In this document: piece after piece, positions 39,201 to 51,525 of the stretch
Layout: the number at the start of each line of letters is the position of its first letter
How positions within the stretch are numbered: position 1 is the first letter of the stretch
NCBI GenBank assembly: GCA_051362555.1
Contig: CM120644.1
Span: forward strand, 23,582,534 to 23,646,533
Reading direction: 5' to 3'
Length of the DNA stretch: 64,000 bases
Source: Lingula anatina
Lineage: Eukaryota; Animalia; Brachiopoda
Position numbers and translations under genes: made by a program
The notes under the pieces: model-generated
Databases searched by the model: none
Told to the model about the DNA's origin: nothing
What the model saw: only the letters and a program-made list of their open reading frames with translations

Positions 39201-39988
39201 AAAAAGACTATTTAGCTCAATCCCTGTTTGTACTGACTGCTCTAAAGAATAATAAACTTTTCTGCGTACAGCAAGTATAACAGGGGCGGATCCAGAGATA
39301 TAGGTCTATTCTGACAGTCTTCCGAGTAATGTTGATCCATCCTCCATTTTTGACCGCCTTTCGACAGAAATATTACATATACCCGCCAATGAAAACTTGA
39401 AAATCTAACCGTCTTCCGGAAGAACCAGAAGACGCCCTAAATCCGCCTCCTAAATATGTTCTCAATGAAAGAGTCGAACGTGATAAGAGATCGAAATAAC
39501 CTACCCGTATCCGGCAGAATTTTGTCAGTTTCTCGCTTGTCAGTTTTATTTCCTACTTCTGCTTTGTCTACCTCACCGGCCTGCCAATGAAAATAACATC
39601 CTCTGCTTCTGCATTTCCCGTTTTATTTCCTTTTTCATTGTCCCGTAGAGTTATTCCTCTCTCTTTCAACTCACGTGTGCTCGGACTACCCTCCATCTTG
39701 GTTTGCAGTGACATCCGGGTCTTCTCCAGAGCGTAGTAAACAGTAGTATTCAGTCATATACAAATTGAGGCAAGTCCCAGAATTCCACGCGTAGGGGAGT
39801 AATGTCGAGAAGATTAGACGAAAAAAAAAAAAATGCTGCGCTTTTTTTCTTTAAGTGATCTTAAAAACCTATACCTCGACCTTTATTTTCTCAACGGTTT
39901 CGTGTGAGACATGCTTTGGGGTTCAGGATCAAATAGGCAAAGTTTCAGAGAAAGGCCTATTTAAGCGTCTACAGCGGAAAGACATCCT
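36233..39988. mobile_element. Kolobok-like DNA transposon relic
   Basis: TTAA on both flanks; imperfect TIRs AGGGGGTCTTCCCG / AGGATGTCTTTCCG (11/14); candidate ATGs near 36478 (+) and ~39696 (-) point inward; intron-like interior. Confidence 0.5.
39281..39451. mobile_element. ~170-bp MITE; related inverted copies at ~25320-25490 and ~26063-26230
   Basis: CAGGGGCGGATCCAG..AATCCGCCTCCT ends; shares internal blocks (ctgacagt, gttgatccatcct, ccagaagacg) with those copies in reverse complement. Confidence 0.6.
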
Positions 39989-41299
39989 TTAAGAATAAAT
40001 GATATCGACCCCCTCTATTAATTCGGCAATTGAACAAAACCCATCTGCAGGACTTGTAAACCTTAACAACTGTAAAAAAATCTCATACCTCCATCAAATC
40101 ATTGTAATAAAAATGAACTTTACCAATATGTATGTCTTAGTCTTCGAATCATATCTTTATTAATATTGATAATATTATAGTGAAGAATAACGATGGTCTG
40201 GAGCTTTTGAGCGTTTATTCACCGATTGCCTTTTTCATACTATACCACAAATACATGTATTTATACTCTATTTCTCCGTACTAATCATCATGCATTTATT
40301 TGTTTTCTTCCCATTGTCTTTGCGTGACTACAAGGAATTTTCCATTCTCATGTTGCAAAACACCATGCAACACTTCCTATATTCATTGGACCATATCCAT
40401 CCTTAGTTTGCATGTGTTTTTCACGTGTCAGAAACTTGCGAATCTATTGAAAAATTAACCAATCAAATCGAAGTTTGTGTGACTTTGACATGTTCCGTCT
40501 TTTCCTATTACAAGAACAATTTCTGCACTTGTTGACTGTTATATAAATTTAACTTACACTCAATAACTCCCCATTCTTTTACTTGTTTGATTCCGTTTAA
40601 ATTATTATCTGCAATTAGTGAAAGTGTAATAAATTTGCTTTACAACATACACCACTTCTTCAAGAGAATTCGCCCTCGAATTCTAAGACATTACAACATA
40701 CACTTCTTTTGCCTTTTTTTAAAGCGAAGCAAATTCTTAATAACATAAAATCCGTAAATTACCAAAACTAAGGGGCCCGCTGAAGGGCCTAGGAATTTTT
40801 GGTACTTTAGAGGGCGAACGTTGCCATTTAGTGCGGTTCAGCTAGTCAAACCTCCAGTTTCAAGAAGGGACTAGAAATCGAAGTGGGGGGGGGGAGGTGT
40901 CAGGACCCCCTGCCCACCCCCCCCCCCTCTTAATCCGCCACTGAGGCACTGAGACAGACCAAGACCCTACAGCACGCTGTGCCAGGTACGCTAGCCTTAT
41001 TCGGGGAGCACTAATCAGGACCTAACTCTCTCCATCAAGCTTAAAATCCCACATCCCTGACCAGCGGATATTATACATTCGTTTTTGACTCCGATTGGGA
41101 TGTGGACCGTACGACCCCTACGACACCCTTAAAACACCCCACTAGACATGATGAGTCGGAAACTATTGATTTCGAGGTTACTTCGTGGAATTCTACCCCA
41201 ACCAACGCCGAAATTCGACCAGACGGCATGTATGATGAAGAACTGCCGGGCATGTAATAAATACGATTATTTTAAAAAGATCAAGGTAATTTTCATTTG

Positions 41300-41432
41300 T
41301 ATTTCTGCGTTTTATCCTTCGTCCTTGTAAAGTCTTATTGTTATGTTGTATCTGTACTTCATCTGAAATATTCTCTTCAGGTTCCCAGGTAGGATTCCTA
41401 TAACCCTTCCATTTAACCTTGTGATGACGTTT
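41300..41432 (-). pseudogene. Chromodomain-like Gypsy integrase tail fragment
   Basis: HKVKWKGYRNPTWEPEENI..KTLQGRRIKRR. Confidence 0.7.
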
Positions 41433-42188
41433 AACCCTCAAGAGACCAAGCTATTTTACTGACTGAAATGACCAAGTGGGGTCATCTATGACCCCATTGT
41501 GCTCTGTACAGGGATCCTTATTATAAAAGGCTGTTGAGTGTTTATCACACCTATACTACTCCCAGGATTTAAGACAAGTATTTTATAATGATCTAATGTA
41601 ATAAGTATTTGGTAATAATAGTTTTATTGCATGAAATAACCAAGCACAGATTTTAAGAACAACCAATCACTGGTGTTTAGACAGTCCTTGTCAGTTTCCA
41701 CTTGCAGAAATATTTCTCTTTTTATTTGCCACACTAAATGAAAAACGTGCATTACAAAATTACTTTGAGTAAAAATATTTTGACTTATGTTGAGATAGCA
41801 TCCTGCTAATTCAATAAGAATAATTAGCTGACTTGCTGAGTAGGGAATACCCTAATGCTGGTAAGGAAATTATGCTACTCAGAACACATTCAGTCAACCT
41901 ACATGTCAACCTACATGTATCGGAAATTTAGAATTATCAGCTTCAATACCATTTTCTGATATTATGTGTCCTAAAAATTTTACATTTTTTCGAAATAGTC
42001 GGCATTTTGATCCATGCAACTTCAACCCAGCTTTTCGTAATTTTTCAAATATCTTTTTAAGTTTTTCCAGGTGTTCTTCTACTGTTTTTGAAAAAACTAT
42101 AACATCATCGAGATATATACAACAATCCCATGGAGTCAACTCACCCAAACACTTTTCCATCAGACGTTGAAACGTTGCAGGTGCATTT

Positions 42189-42530
42189 TGTGACGATGTA
42201 GTGTGTTAGCTGAGATTATTTTATATTGCTACCGGTAGATGTCTCTGTAAGTAAAGTGTTGTCCGGTGTGCAAGTTTGAATCTCTCCCGTGATTGGTAAC
42301 TTAAAGGTAAAACTGTTCACTGTATAGTTGGTTCTGATTGGTAAACGTGTACTATCTGAACTTGTATATAAGGTGTAACGTGAAATAAATCGCTCTCTTT
42401 GCTCTTTGCGGCTGACTTTGCAGCTCTCTTGGTTCTTTTGGTCTTTCTTATCTGTGCTTATACTCTGAGACACCAGTAAGTACATTGTTATTTGTACCTT
42501 CATAAGGCACTCGGCCGCGAAGGCGTAACA
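42189..42530 (+). repeat. 5' LTR
   Basis: TATATAA near 42365, AATAAA at 42384, splice donor GTAAGT at 42476. Confidence 0.95.
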
Positions 42531-42532
42531 AT

Positions 42533-42550
42533 TGGCGCAGTCGACAGGAT
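42533..42550 (+). promoter_or_regulatory. PBS, tRNA-Ser-like
   Basis: TGGCGCAGTCGACAGGAT, 2 nt after the LTR; complementary to invertebrate-type tRNA-Ser ..CGACUGCG-CCA. Confidence 0.75.
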
Positions 42551-43466
42551 AGAGTTTGTGTTGCTTATTAATTGAAAGGATACAATTTGTGTAGCATATG
42601 TTGTTAAATTGACAGAATTCAATTAGTATATCTAACGTTGTCAATTTACGGGATAGAATTTGTGTAGCTTGTGTAGTTAAAGGATAGAATTAGTAGTTAT
42701 TAGTGATATTAGAATTTTTGAAAAGCTTGTATGACTGAGTGAGAGTTGGAAAGATAGTGACACGTGTTAGTCGGGACTTGTTGCAAGACGCGAACTAGTC
42801 GGAACATATTGCAGTGATATTTCATTTTCATTGTTGTTTGATACTCGCGGCAATTCAGTAAATATTGTCAAAGTAGTATTCATTTTAGTAGTTTAGAGAT
42901 ATTTTGTATTAATTTTCTGTTGTGATACTACAACTGCGGAGACATTGCGGACCACGTGTACTGAGTAGTAGTCGGAAAGACCACGTGTACTGAGTAGTAG
43001 TCGGACAGACCACGTGTAATTACAGGCCAGTGCGTGTAGAGCCTTATGTTGTAATTGGAATACAGAACATAATTTAGTGAGTTTATTTACAAAGAAAAGC
43101 ATTTATTTAAAATAAAGGTTTCAAATTTGTGTTTTTCACTGACTTGCTGAATGAAGGAGTGATTGTGAATTGTTTATTGTATATTTTTATCAATATTGCA
43201 ATAGCATATATTAATAGAGTACTATTCTACCTTGTTCGTCTGTGTTGAAAGTGTTTCATCATAGGTGTACATGTGAGTAGGTTGAATAGTGTGAGAAATT
43301 TGTTTGTATTTACTGTGAAGTTTAGTAGTGGCTTTTTGCTGAAACTTTCTTCAAACAGTAAAGTGTGGTAGTGGTGAAAGTATTTTATTGTGTAGTTTTT
43401 GTGGCACAGCTGCATTGCTATTATCAATAAAATTGTGTAATAGGTTGTGGGAAATTGGAAGTGAAA

Positions 43467-45410
43467 ATGGCGTCGGGTAATGTAGAAAGCAGTGTTGTGT
43501 TGAATGTGCAGACAGCGTCTGAGACAGAATTGAAAAATTTGAAAGGAATTGGTCCAGTGAAAGCTCATAGATTGGTGTCTTTGAGAAATCAAAAAGGAAA
43601 ATTGCTGTTGAGTGATTTGGAAGAAATTACTGGTATTAGTGTGGCAGAATGGCAGAAATGGGAAAAGAAGGGTAATGTGATTCTGGGTGTAATGGAAGAA
43701 AAAGATGAAGGTTCAAAAGTTGGAGATGAGAAAAAGGAAGAGAGTGTGAATTGGGAAGAAAAGTATAGAAAGTTGATGGAGCGAGTGAAGGTTCAAAATG
43801 AAATGATATCAAATCTTCGAGATGAGGTTGAAGAGGCTGGAGAAAAGATAGAATTTTTATCAAGTGAATTGGAGATGAATGATGCTAAGGTTAAAAAGTT
43901 GGAAGATGAGAAATCTGTGTTGAAAAATGAAAAGTATGTTTTAGAGAGTGAGAAGTGTGATTTGAAAATTGAAAATGATATGTTGAAAGAAAGAAATGTG
44001 AAAATTCAGAGTGAGTTAGGAAAAACTAAACAAGTATTGATGAAAAAAGAAATGGAAATGGAAGAGGAGTGTCGAGAGTATTCCATAAAAGAAATGATGT
44101 TACATACACAGGTTGAAACACAGAATGAATTGTTGAGAAAACGTGTAGAAAGTTTACAGAAGTGTGAAATTGAAAAAATGGATTTGAAATTGGAATTGGA
44201 TGAGATGACAGCCCGTCATAATCATTTGCAAACTCAGTATGAGAGAATGCATTTACAACATGATTTAGAAAAAATTCCAAGGCCGACTCCTAGAAATATT
44301 AAAAGTAGACCCACACCTGCACCTAGAAGTAGTAAAAAGAAAAGTTTGGAAACCCCTGTGAAAAAACCAATACTGAAACTAGCAGAGAGTGCAAGTGATA
44401 GTGAAAGTGAAAGTGAAAGTGAATCTGAATGTGAACAGAAAAGAGTTCCTTTAGTTGAAAGAGAAAAAGGACCTGTTCATAAAATGCCTAGTTTTAGTGG
44501 GAATGGAAGAGAAAATTGGGAAGCTTTTGTATTTAAATTTGAAGGAATGGCAGAAAGATATGGATGGAATGATAAAAGAAAAACTAGCAGAATGATTGAA
44601 TGTTTGGAAGACAGAGCTCTTGAGTATGCGGTAGAGTTTGGAAATTGCAAATATAAACGTTTGAAAGAAGTGATGTCAAAACGTTTTAGTATGAAAGAGT
44701 CTGCTTCATCTGCACGCAGAGCACTTCAATCAATGAGACAGGGTGAAAGCGAATCTTTGCAAGATTTTTCTCATCGTGTGTTCATGGCATCTAGAGAGGG
44801 ATATGCAGAAGGTGAAGGAATAGCTGTGGATTCATTTTTGAGAGGGTGTCGTGACAAAGAATCTGCAAAATTGGCTATGGATAAAGAGCCTAAAGATTTA
44901 TTTGAAGCTTTAGAGTTTGTGAAAGTTGCAAACAATAACTTCAAAGCAGTGTATGGTACAGGTGGGAGAAATGTGCATATTAGACAGGTTGGAATGTCTG
45001 ATCAGAGTGTGGAGAATGGAAGTAATAATCAAATACTTTACAACATGCAAAAAACCATGTCTGCAATGTGTGATCAGATGAAAAGAATGAATGACGCATG
45101 GGTGTCACCGTCGAATTCTCAGAGAAATTCTGGTAGAATGGTAAAGTCGCCCCAGAATGGAAATGTAAATCAAAGTAGAGGGGGTCCACCACAATGTTTT
45201 AAATGTGGAGAAAGAGGTCATGTTCAAAGGGATTGTAAGAATGAAATTGTAGAACATCCACCTAATCCCAATGTTAGTAAAAATGCCAGTCCAAGTTCTA
45301 TTTTGATTTGTCATAAATGTGGACAGAGAGGTCACATTCAAACAAATTGCCCTCAAAATAGAGAAATACCAAAGAATCCTCCTCCTGGTGCAAGAAATTC
45401 GGTAAACTAG
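43467..45410 (+). CDS. gag: Gag with N-terminal HhH domain, coiled coil, capsid and two CCHC knuckles
   Basis: Intact ORF: LNVQTASETELKNLKGIGPVKAHRLV; KMPSFSG..WEAFVFKFE..YGW; CFKCGERGHVQRDC; CHKCGQRGHIQTNC. Confidence 0.9.
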   Translation: MASGNVESSVVLNVQTASETELKNLKGIGPVKAHRLVSLRNQKGKLLLSDLEEITGISVAEWQKWEKKGNVILGVMEEKDEGSKVGDEKKEESVNWEEKYRKLMERVKVQNEMISNLRDEVEEAGEKIEFLSSELEMNDAKVKKLEDEKSVLKNEKYVLESEKCDLKIENDMLKERNVKIQSELGKTKQVLMKKEMEMEEECREYSIKEMMLHTQVETQNELLRKRVESLQKCEIEKMDLKLELDEMTARHNHLQTQYERMHLQHDLEKIPRPTPRNIKSRPTPAPRSSKKKSLETPVKKPILKLAESASDSESESESESECEQKRVPLVEREKGPVHKMPSFSGNGRENWEAFVFKFEGMAERYGWNDKRKTSRMIECLEDRALEYAVEFGNCKYKRLKEVMSKRFSMKESASSARRALQSMRQGESESLQDFSHRVFMASREGYAEGEGIAVDSFLRGCRDKESAKLAMDKEPKDLFEALEFVKVANNNFKAVYGTGGRNVHIRQVGMSDQSVENGSNNQILYNMQKTMSAMCDQMKRMNDAWVSPSNSQRNSGRMVKSPQNGNVNQSRGGPPQCFKCGERGHVQRDCKNEIVEHPPNPNVSKNASPSSILICHKCGQRGHIQTNCPQNREIPKNPPPGARNSVN

Positions 45411-48400
45411 AACGGGACGAATTGACCGACCGGATTTCGGATCCCTTACTTCATGTTGAAGGTCGGATTATGGATAGTGGAAATGTGAAAATGATGAATG
45501 TTGGAGAATTAGTGGGAGAAAATTTTGTGATTCCTGTTAGTGTAGGTGGTGTGAAAACATTAGCAGTTGTGGATACGGCAGCTCAATTTACTATCGTAAA
45601 TAAAAGATTTTATAGTAAATTGCAGGGTGTGCCTGAGTTTTGCGAGACTCTGAAATTAATGCTTGCTGGAAAAAATGCATTTATGATGGGTCATAGAGTA
45701 GAAAATTTGAGTATTGAAATTGATGGGATAGAATATAAAGAAAATGTGTATGTTGCAGATTTGCAAGAAGGAATTGATATGTTGTTGGGATTGAAGTTTT
45801 TGAAGGAGAGAAATTGTGTGGTGAATTTAGTTGATCAAACATTGATCATTGGAGAAAAATGTGTGCAAGGAAGCATAGAAGTTGAAGGTGACTCTGATTT
45901 GAGTAAAGTGAATGGTGAGACAGAAGCTAAAAGTGATGAGAAATGTGTTGATGAAATGGAGAAAGAAGTTGAAATTTGTGAAAATATGGTGAGAACGAAA
46001 AAGAGAATGGTAGTTCCTCCATTGACGGTGATGAGAATTTCTGTTTGTGCAGATTATGAGTTAGAGAAAAAGAGAGTATGTGATAGAACCTTGTGTTGAT
46101 AGACAAGTGTTGGTATCTTGTGCATTAGTTAAAGGTGATGAAGTTGTTCCTATAGAGATAGTGAATGATGGAGAAAGAAATGCTGTTTTGAAAGCAGGTA
46201 GTGTGTTAGGTGTTATTAAGGAAGTTGAGACAGTTGCTTCTGAAGTGAGATGTAAAGAATATGTAAATGGAAAAGCTAGGGTGTCTGCTGTGAATAAAGT
46301 TGAAATGAAGTTGAATATAGATGAAAATATGGATAAAGAAGAAGTGATGGGAAGTTTGAAAAGAGATTTGCCTGAACATTTGCAAGATTTATTTGAAAGA
46401 TCAAGTGAGGAGCTTGATTCAAATGAAATGGTTGCATTGTGTGAAACTTTGAGAGATTATGAAGATGTATTTGCAAAGCATGATCTTGATTTAGGGTGCA
46501 TGAAAGGTGTTAAACATACTATTAACACTGGTAATGCAGCTCCTGTGAAACAGAAATTGCGTAGAACTCCATTGGGAATGGAAGGAGAAGAGAGAAAGAT
46601 GCTTGAAAAGTTGTAAGCTTCTGATGTTATTCAGCCATCAAATTCTGAATGGGCATCCCCACCAGTTTTGATAAGAAAGAAAGATGGAAGTGTTAGATGG
46701 TGTGTGGATTACAGGGAATTAAATAAGAAAACTATCAAAGATTCTTATCCTATTCCAAACATTGGTGATTGTTTAGATTGTCTGGCTGGAAATCAATTTT
46801 TGAGTTTGATTGATATGGCTCAAGGATATTTTCAAATTGAGATTGATGAGAAAGACAGAAATAAAACTGCTTTTATCACCAGGTATGGTCTGTATGAGCA
46901 TAAGAGAATGGCTATGGACTTACCAATTCTCCTGCAAGTTTTTCAAGAGCAATGCAGTTAGTATTGAGAGGTTTGACTTGGGAGAAAGTGTTGGTGTATC
47001 TGGATGATATCACAGTGTTGGGAAAGAATTTTGAAGATCATCTTAAGAATTTGAAAGAGGTTTTGGAGAGATTGCGTTCTTACAACTTGAAGTTAAAGCC
47101 TAAGAAGTGTTTTCTTTTCCAAATAAAGTGTGAATTCTTAGGAAAGTCAATCAGTAGAGAGGGTGTTGGCATAACTGAAAGTAAAATTGATTGTGTTAGA
47201 AAGTGGCCATTACCTACAAACAAAAAGGAAGTTGAAACATTCCTTGGTTTCATCAATTATCATAGAGATCATATTCCTCAATTTGCTGAGAAAACTGCTT
47301 GTTTGTATGAGTTGACAGGGAATAAAAGTGTTTTCAATTGGTCAGATGAACATCAAATAGCATTTGAAGGTTTAAAACAAGAGTTAACAACTGCCCCTTG
47401 TTTAGCCTTTCCTTTGTCTGAAGGTGAATTTATACTTGATACAGATGCATCATATTCATGTATAGGAGCAGAACTTTCACAGATACAACATGGTGAAGAG
47501 AAGGTTATTGCTTATGGAAGTAAAATTATGTCACCTATACAGCGGCGTTATTGTACAACTAGAAAAGAGCTCTTGGCTGTTGTAAACTTCTGTAGACAAT
47601 ATAGACATTATTTGTTGGGAAGAAAGTTCAGAATCCGAACAGATCATCATAGTTTAGTGTGGTTGTTAGGATTTAAAAACCCAGATGGTCAGTTAGCAAG
47701 ATGGTTAGAAGAATTATCTCAGTATAATTTTACCATTGAACATAGACCAGGAAAGAAGCATGGAAATGCAGATGCATTATCAAGAATACCTTTAGCTATG
47801 AAAGACTGTGATTGCTATAAGGTGGGAGTGAAATTAACTGACTTACCCTGTGGAGGATGTCATTATTGTCAGAGAGTACATAAAAATTGGTCAAGGTTTG
47901 AGACTGATGTGAATGATGTAATTCCTCTGGGAAATAAGAATTCAGATGACAATGTAGTTGAATCGAATGCAGTTGGTGATATGAAAAATGAAACAAATTG
48001 TGAGAAATTGAGTTCAGTTTTGATGTGTCAGAGGGCTGATACAAATGAAAAGACTGACAAGAATGAAAGAGATGAATTATGCAATTGGTTGAAAGGATAT
48101 GACTTGAAAAAACTGCAGAGAAAAGATGCAGATTTGAAAATAATTATAGGTTGGTTAGAGAATGGTGAACCTAAAGAATCAGAGTTGTATTTGTGTAGTA
48201 TGGCAGTGAAAGGATTGTGGAATTGCAAAGAGCAATTGATTCTTTTGAATGATGTGTTATATTACAAATGGGAAAAAAGAGAGGATAGAAATTTGTGTTT
48301 AATTGTACCAAAAGATTTGGTCAACGAAGTTTTATTTTTCTGTCATGATTCAAAAACAGCTGGTCATTTTGCTTATGAGAAAACTTTGCAAAAACTCAAA

Positions 48401-49486
48401 CAATCATTCAAGTGGCATGGAATGAATAGAGATTGTAAATTGTATGTAAGTTCATGTGAACTTTGCAATAAAAACAAGCATAGTACTGTTCGACCAAAAG
48501 CCAAAATGAAATTACATCATGCAGGATTTCCTATGGAAAAGGTTCATTTAGATATACTTGGACCATTTACACAAAGTGAATTTGGGAATTCTTATATTTT
48601 GGTTATGATAGATCAGTTTACTAAGTGGATAGAGTGTGTGGCATTGCCAAATCAGACAGCTGAATTAGTAGCAAAAGCATTTTTTGAAAAATTCATAGTT
48701 ACTTTTGGTTGTCCACAAGAGATATATACAGATCAAGGTTCAAATTTTCAAAGTAGTCTATTTAGAAATTTGTGTAGACTATTAGAAATCAAACAACTTA
48801 GAACAACTGGTTTTAGAGCAAGTGCTAATGGACAAGTTGAAAGATGCATGGGTATTATTACACAGATGATTAGATGTAATGTAGAAGGGAATGTGAGATA
48901 TTGGGATAGAGATTTACCTCAATTAGTTATGGCCTTACATTCAACTGTGAATGCATCAACAGGGTTTACTCCTAACATGATGATGTTAGGGAGAGAAGTT
49001 TTTATGCCATTACACTTACTAACAGGTTGTGTGAATGAAAATTTGATACCATATGAGACTCATGAATGGTTGAAAAACTTGAATGAAAGCCTAAATAGAT
49101 CACATGAAATGGCTAGAGAAAAATTGAAATGTGTGCAGAAACGTCAAAAACAATTGTACGATGCAAAGTTGAGAGAGAGTGAATATACTTGTGGTCAGAA
49201 AGTATATTTGAAGGATGAAAGTCATAAAAAGGGAGAAAGTAAGAAACTTAGACCCTTATATAGAGGACCATATGAGGTTATCAAAGCATCCCCACCTCTC
49301 TATACAATAAAAGATAAAAAAAGAAAAATCCAAGTGGTACATCATGATAGATTGAGAAAATTTGTTGAAAGAGAGAGTGATTTTCAATTGAATGAACCAC
49401 AATTGGTGGAACCAATTGTAAAAAGATCAAGATTTGGTAGACAAATTAAGATGCCATCTCATTTAAGAGATTTCGTCTTAGAATGA
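45400..49486 (+). pseudogene. pol: pol (PR-RT-RNase H-integrase) with two frameshifts and one stop
   Basis: VDTAA protease; WASP..CVDYR; YLDD; DTDAS; HHCC zinc finger; DILGP..TDQGSNF..GQVER. Lesions at ~46070, 46614 (TAA) and ~46916. Confidence 0.92.
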
Positions 49487-49607
49487 TCATATTAATGTAT
49501 AATTAGTTATTAGTTAAGGTATAGTTGTATATAAATAAATACTTCCTTAATTTTCGGCAGTGCTGAAATAAAAGGAATTTAATTATTTGTATTTTTTTGT
49601 CTAGGTG

Positions 49608-49901
49608 ATGGATGATACCAACATAAACAGCATTTTGCTAGACATAGATATCACATGGACCAAACAATGGATAGAGAATCCTTCATCTCTGTTTCAAATC
49701 TCATTACAAAACTTAAAACCAAACTCTCTGTATGAAGCCTGAACTATAATCTATCTAGGAAAGATATTGAATGAAAACCTTCTAAAAGAGAAGGGAATGG
49801 ATTTTCTTATTGATAACATGCATATTTATGATAATGAGATTTCCAAAGAAGAAATGATACAAATAATTTTTTTTCTGAGAGACAAATTATACGGATATTG
49901 A
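49608..49901 (+). pseudogene. Small accessory ORF (97 codons, one internal TGA) inside the Gypsy element
   Basis: Follows the acceptor ttttttgtctAG; reads MDDTNINSILLDIDITW..EA*TIIYLG..KLYGY; AATAAA signals follow. Confidence 0.45.
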
Positions 49902-50096
49902 AAAGAGATACATAATAAAAAAATATATATTTAATAAAGTATATTATAGTTTGTACTTCCTATTATATTTCAGGTAATTTGATCAAAACAACAGTACAAG
50001 TTGGTATAGGTTTTTTAAATATTTGTTTGAATTTTATTGTTGAGCATGTTACATTGAACATTGCATGAATAAGTTGATATTTATTTTGAATTGGGG

Positions 50097-50146
<50 letters not shown>

Positions 50147-50482
50147 AAATATTACCTAACACGGTTACACTGTTCAAACTAATATGTTGCAGTTTAGCAT
50201 GTGTTTTGCATGTTATCGGATTAGAGGTTGTCAAGGTAATAATTCTTTTCTTTTTACACATTTTAATAATGGTATTTTACTTGGGGATTTGGTATAAAAG
50301 TAATATTTGTACATAGTAAATGCGGCGATGCTGTAATACTATGTTAGTAATAAATGAAATACTATGTTTATGCTATAATACTATGTTAATAATATATTAT
50401 GTTAATATTCATTTGAAAGAAAAGCTCATTATCATGTATGTTCATTCAAGAAAATAAACCATTGTATAAGTTTATTTCAGAT

Positions 50483-51151
50483 ATGGATGATCTAGACATG
50501 TTAGATGAAGCCTGTTTTGTTCCGGATTTTGATGACACTGATCTGGTGGAAGATCCTACTGTCCTAATTGGTGAAGAGGGGGAGGAAGTTACCCACTCAA
50601 AGTGCAGAGGGGAGAAACGGAGGAGAGAAGTCCAGTGTGGTTTGTGTCTAGTGTCCAGGGCTGACCTGAGTAGACATCTTGGACGTCATGTGAAATTTGT
50701 TCATTTGCCGTGGTATATGACTCCAGGATTGGTGTGCTGGTATTGCAGATCGATGGAAAAGGACAATTCGCTTTTACGTAAATGTCATGGTGATGTTCAT
50801 TCGTGTGGAACTGGTGAATTCGAGAAAAAACTGTGGATCCAGTTGGTGAATGGATTTATATATTTCCTGATATTGACATTAAATATGAGAAATATATGGG
50901 AACTGATGGACTATGTGCAAAGTGAAGGACTAGTAATGTTGCCAGATAACTGTTCCAAGGAGGACATTAACTTTGTAAAAATATATATTCATGGAAATGG
51001 TGTGGAGCCCAAGACTGAGATTCTGAATTCTTTGTTGACTTTGTTTCACTGGAGAACTTTGTATCATCTGTTACAGAAACTTTCATCAGAGGATCGTGAA
51101 CTCAGTAGTCATTGGTATCGGCGGATGGAATTTACTTTGCTACATGGATGA
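50483..51151 (+). CDS. Accessory ORF3, Cys/His-rich putative zinc-binding protein
   Basis: Intact 222-codon ORF after the acceptor tttatttcAG; acidic N-terminus, then CxxC..H..HLPWY..CWYC. Confidence 0.7.
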   Translation: MDDLDMLDEACFVPDFDDTDLVEDPTVLIGEEGEEVTHSKCRGEKRRREVQCGLCLVSRADLSRHLGRHVKFVHLPWYMTPGLVCWYCRSMEKDNSLLRKCHGDVHSCGTGEFEKKLWIQLVNGFIYFLILTLNMRNIWELMDYVQSEGLVMLPDNCSKEDINFVKIYIHGNGVEPKTEILNSLLTLFHWRTLYHLLQKLSSEDRELSSHWYRRMEFTLLHG

Positions 51152-51525
51152 AAAATGAACTATATAATGATTTGACATTTCACATTGACATTGTTATCAT
51201 TAATAATGTTGTTTTGAGCAACTTTGAGTTAAAATCACTTTGTTTGCTTTTAAAGTTGATTTAAAGTGATAATGGATTTAAAACTTTGTTTTGCATTCCT
51301 AAGGATGGACATTTATGCTGAGAGATGGACTTGATTGACTTTGCTTGTGTTAAAAGTTAAATGTTGAATCTTGGCATAACAAGAATGAACTTAATTGCAT
51401 TACTTGCTTATTTTAAATGTAAAGTAAGATTTCAGTTGTTATATTTGTTGAATTGTAGTAATTGTTAGTTTAACAATTTAAAGTAATGGTTTATATTGTA
51501 ATAATAGGGGGGAGTTTTGTTCGTC

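Noticed and set aside
40300-41200. 3' LTR of the older Gypsy element
   Set aside because: No match to the candidate LTR near 56000-56723, so the chromodomain fragment cannot be firmly assigned to that element.
42216-42644. 142-aa and 111-aa (51567-51902) minus-strand ORFs
   Set aside because: Antisense readings of the LTR that cross its boundary; duplicated only because the LTR is duplicated.
43467-43665. Bacterial comEA gene or contamination
   Set aside because: The HhH segment is fused in frame to a Gypsy Gag inside an element bounded by LTRs and a TSD.
50438-51151. env gene
   Set aside because: No signal peptide and no clear furin site, fusion peptide or C-terminal anchor arrangement; it is Cys/His zinc-finger-like instead.
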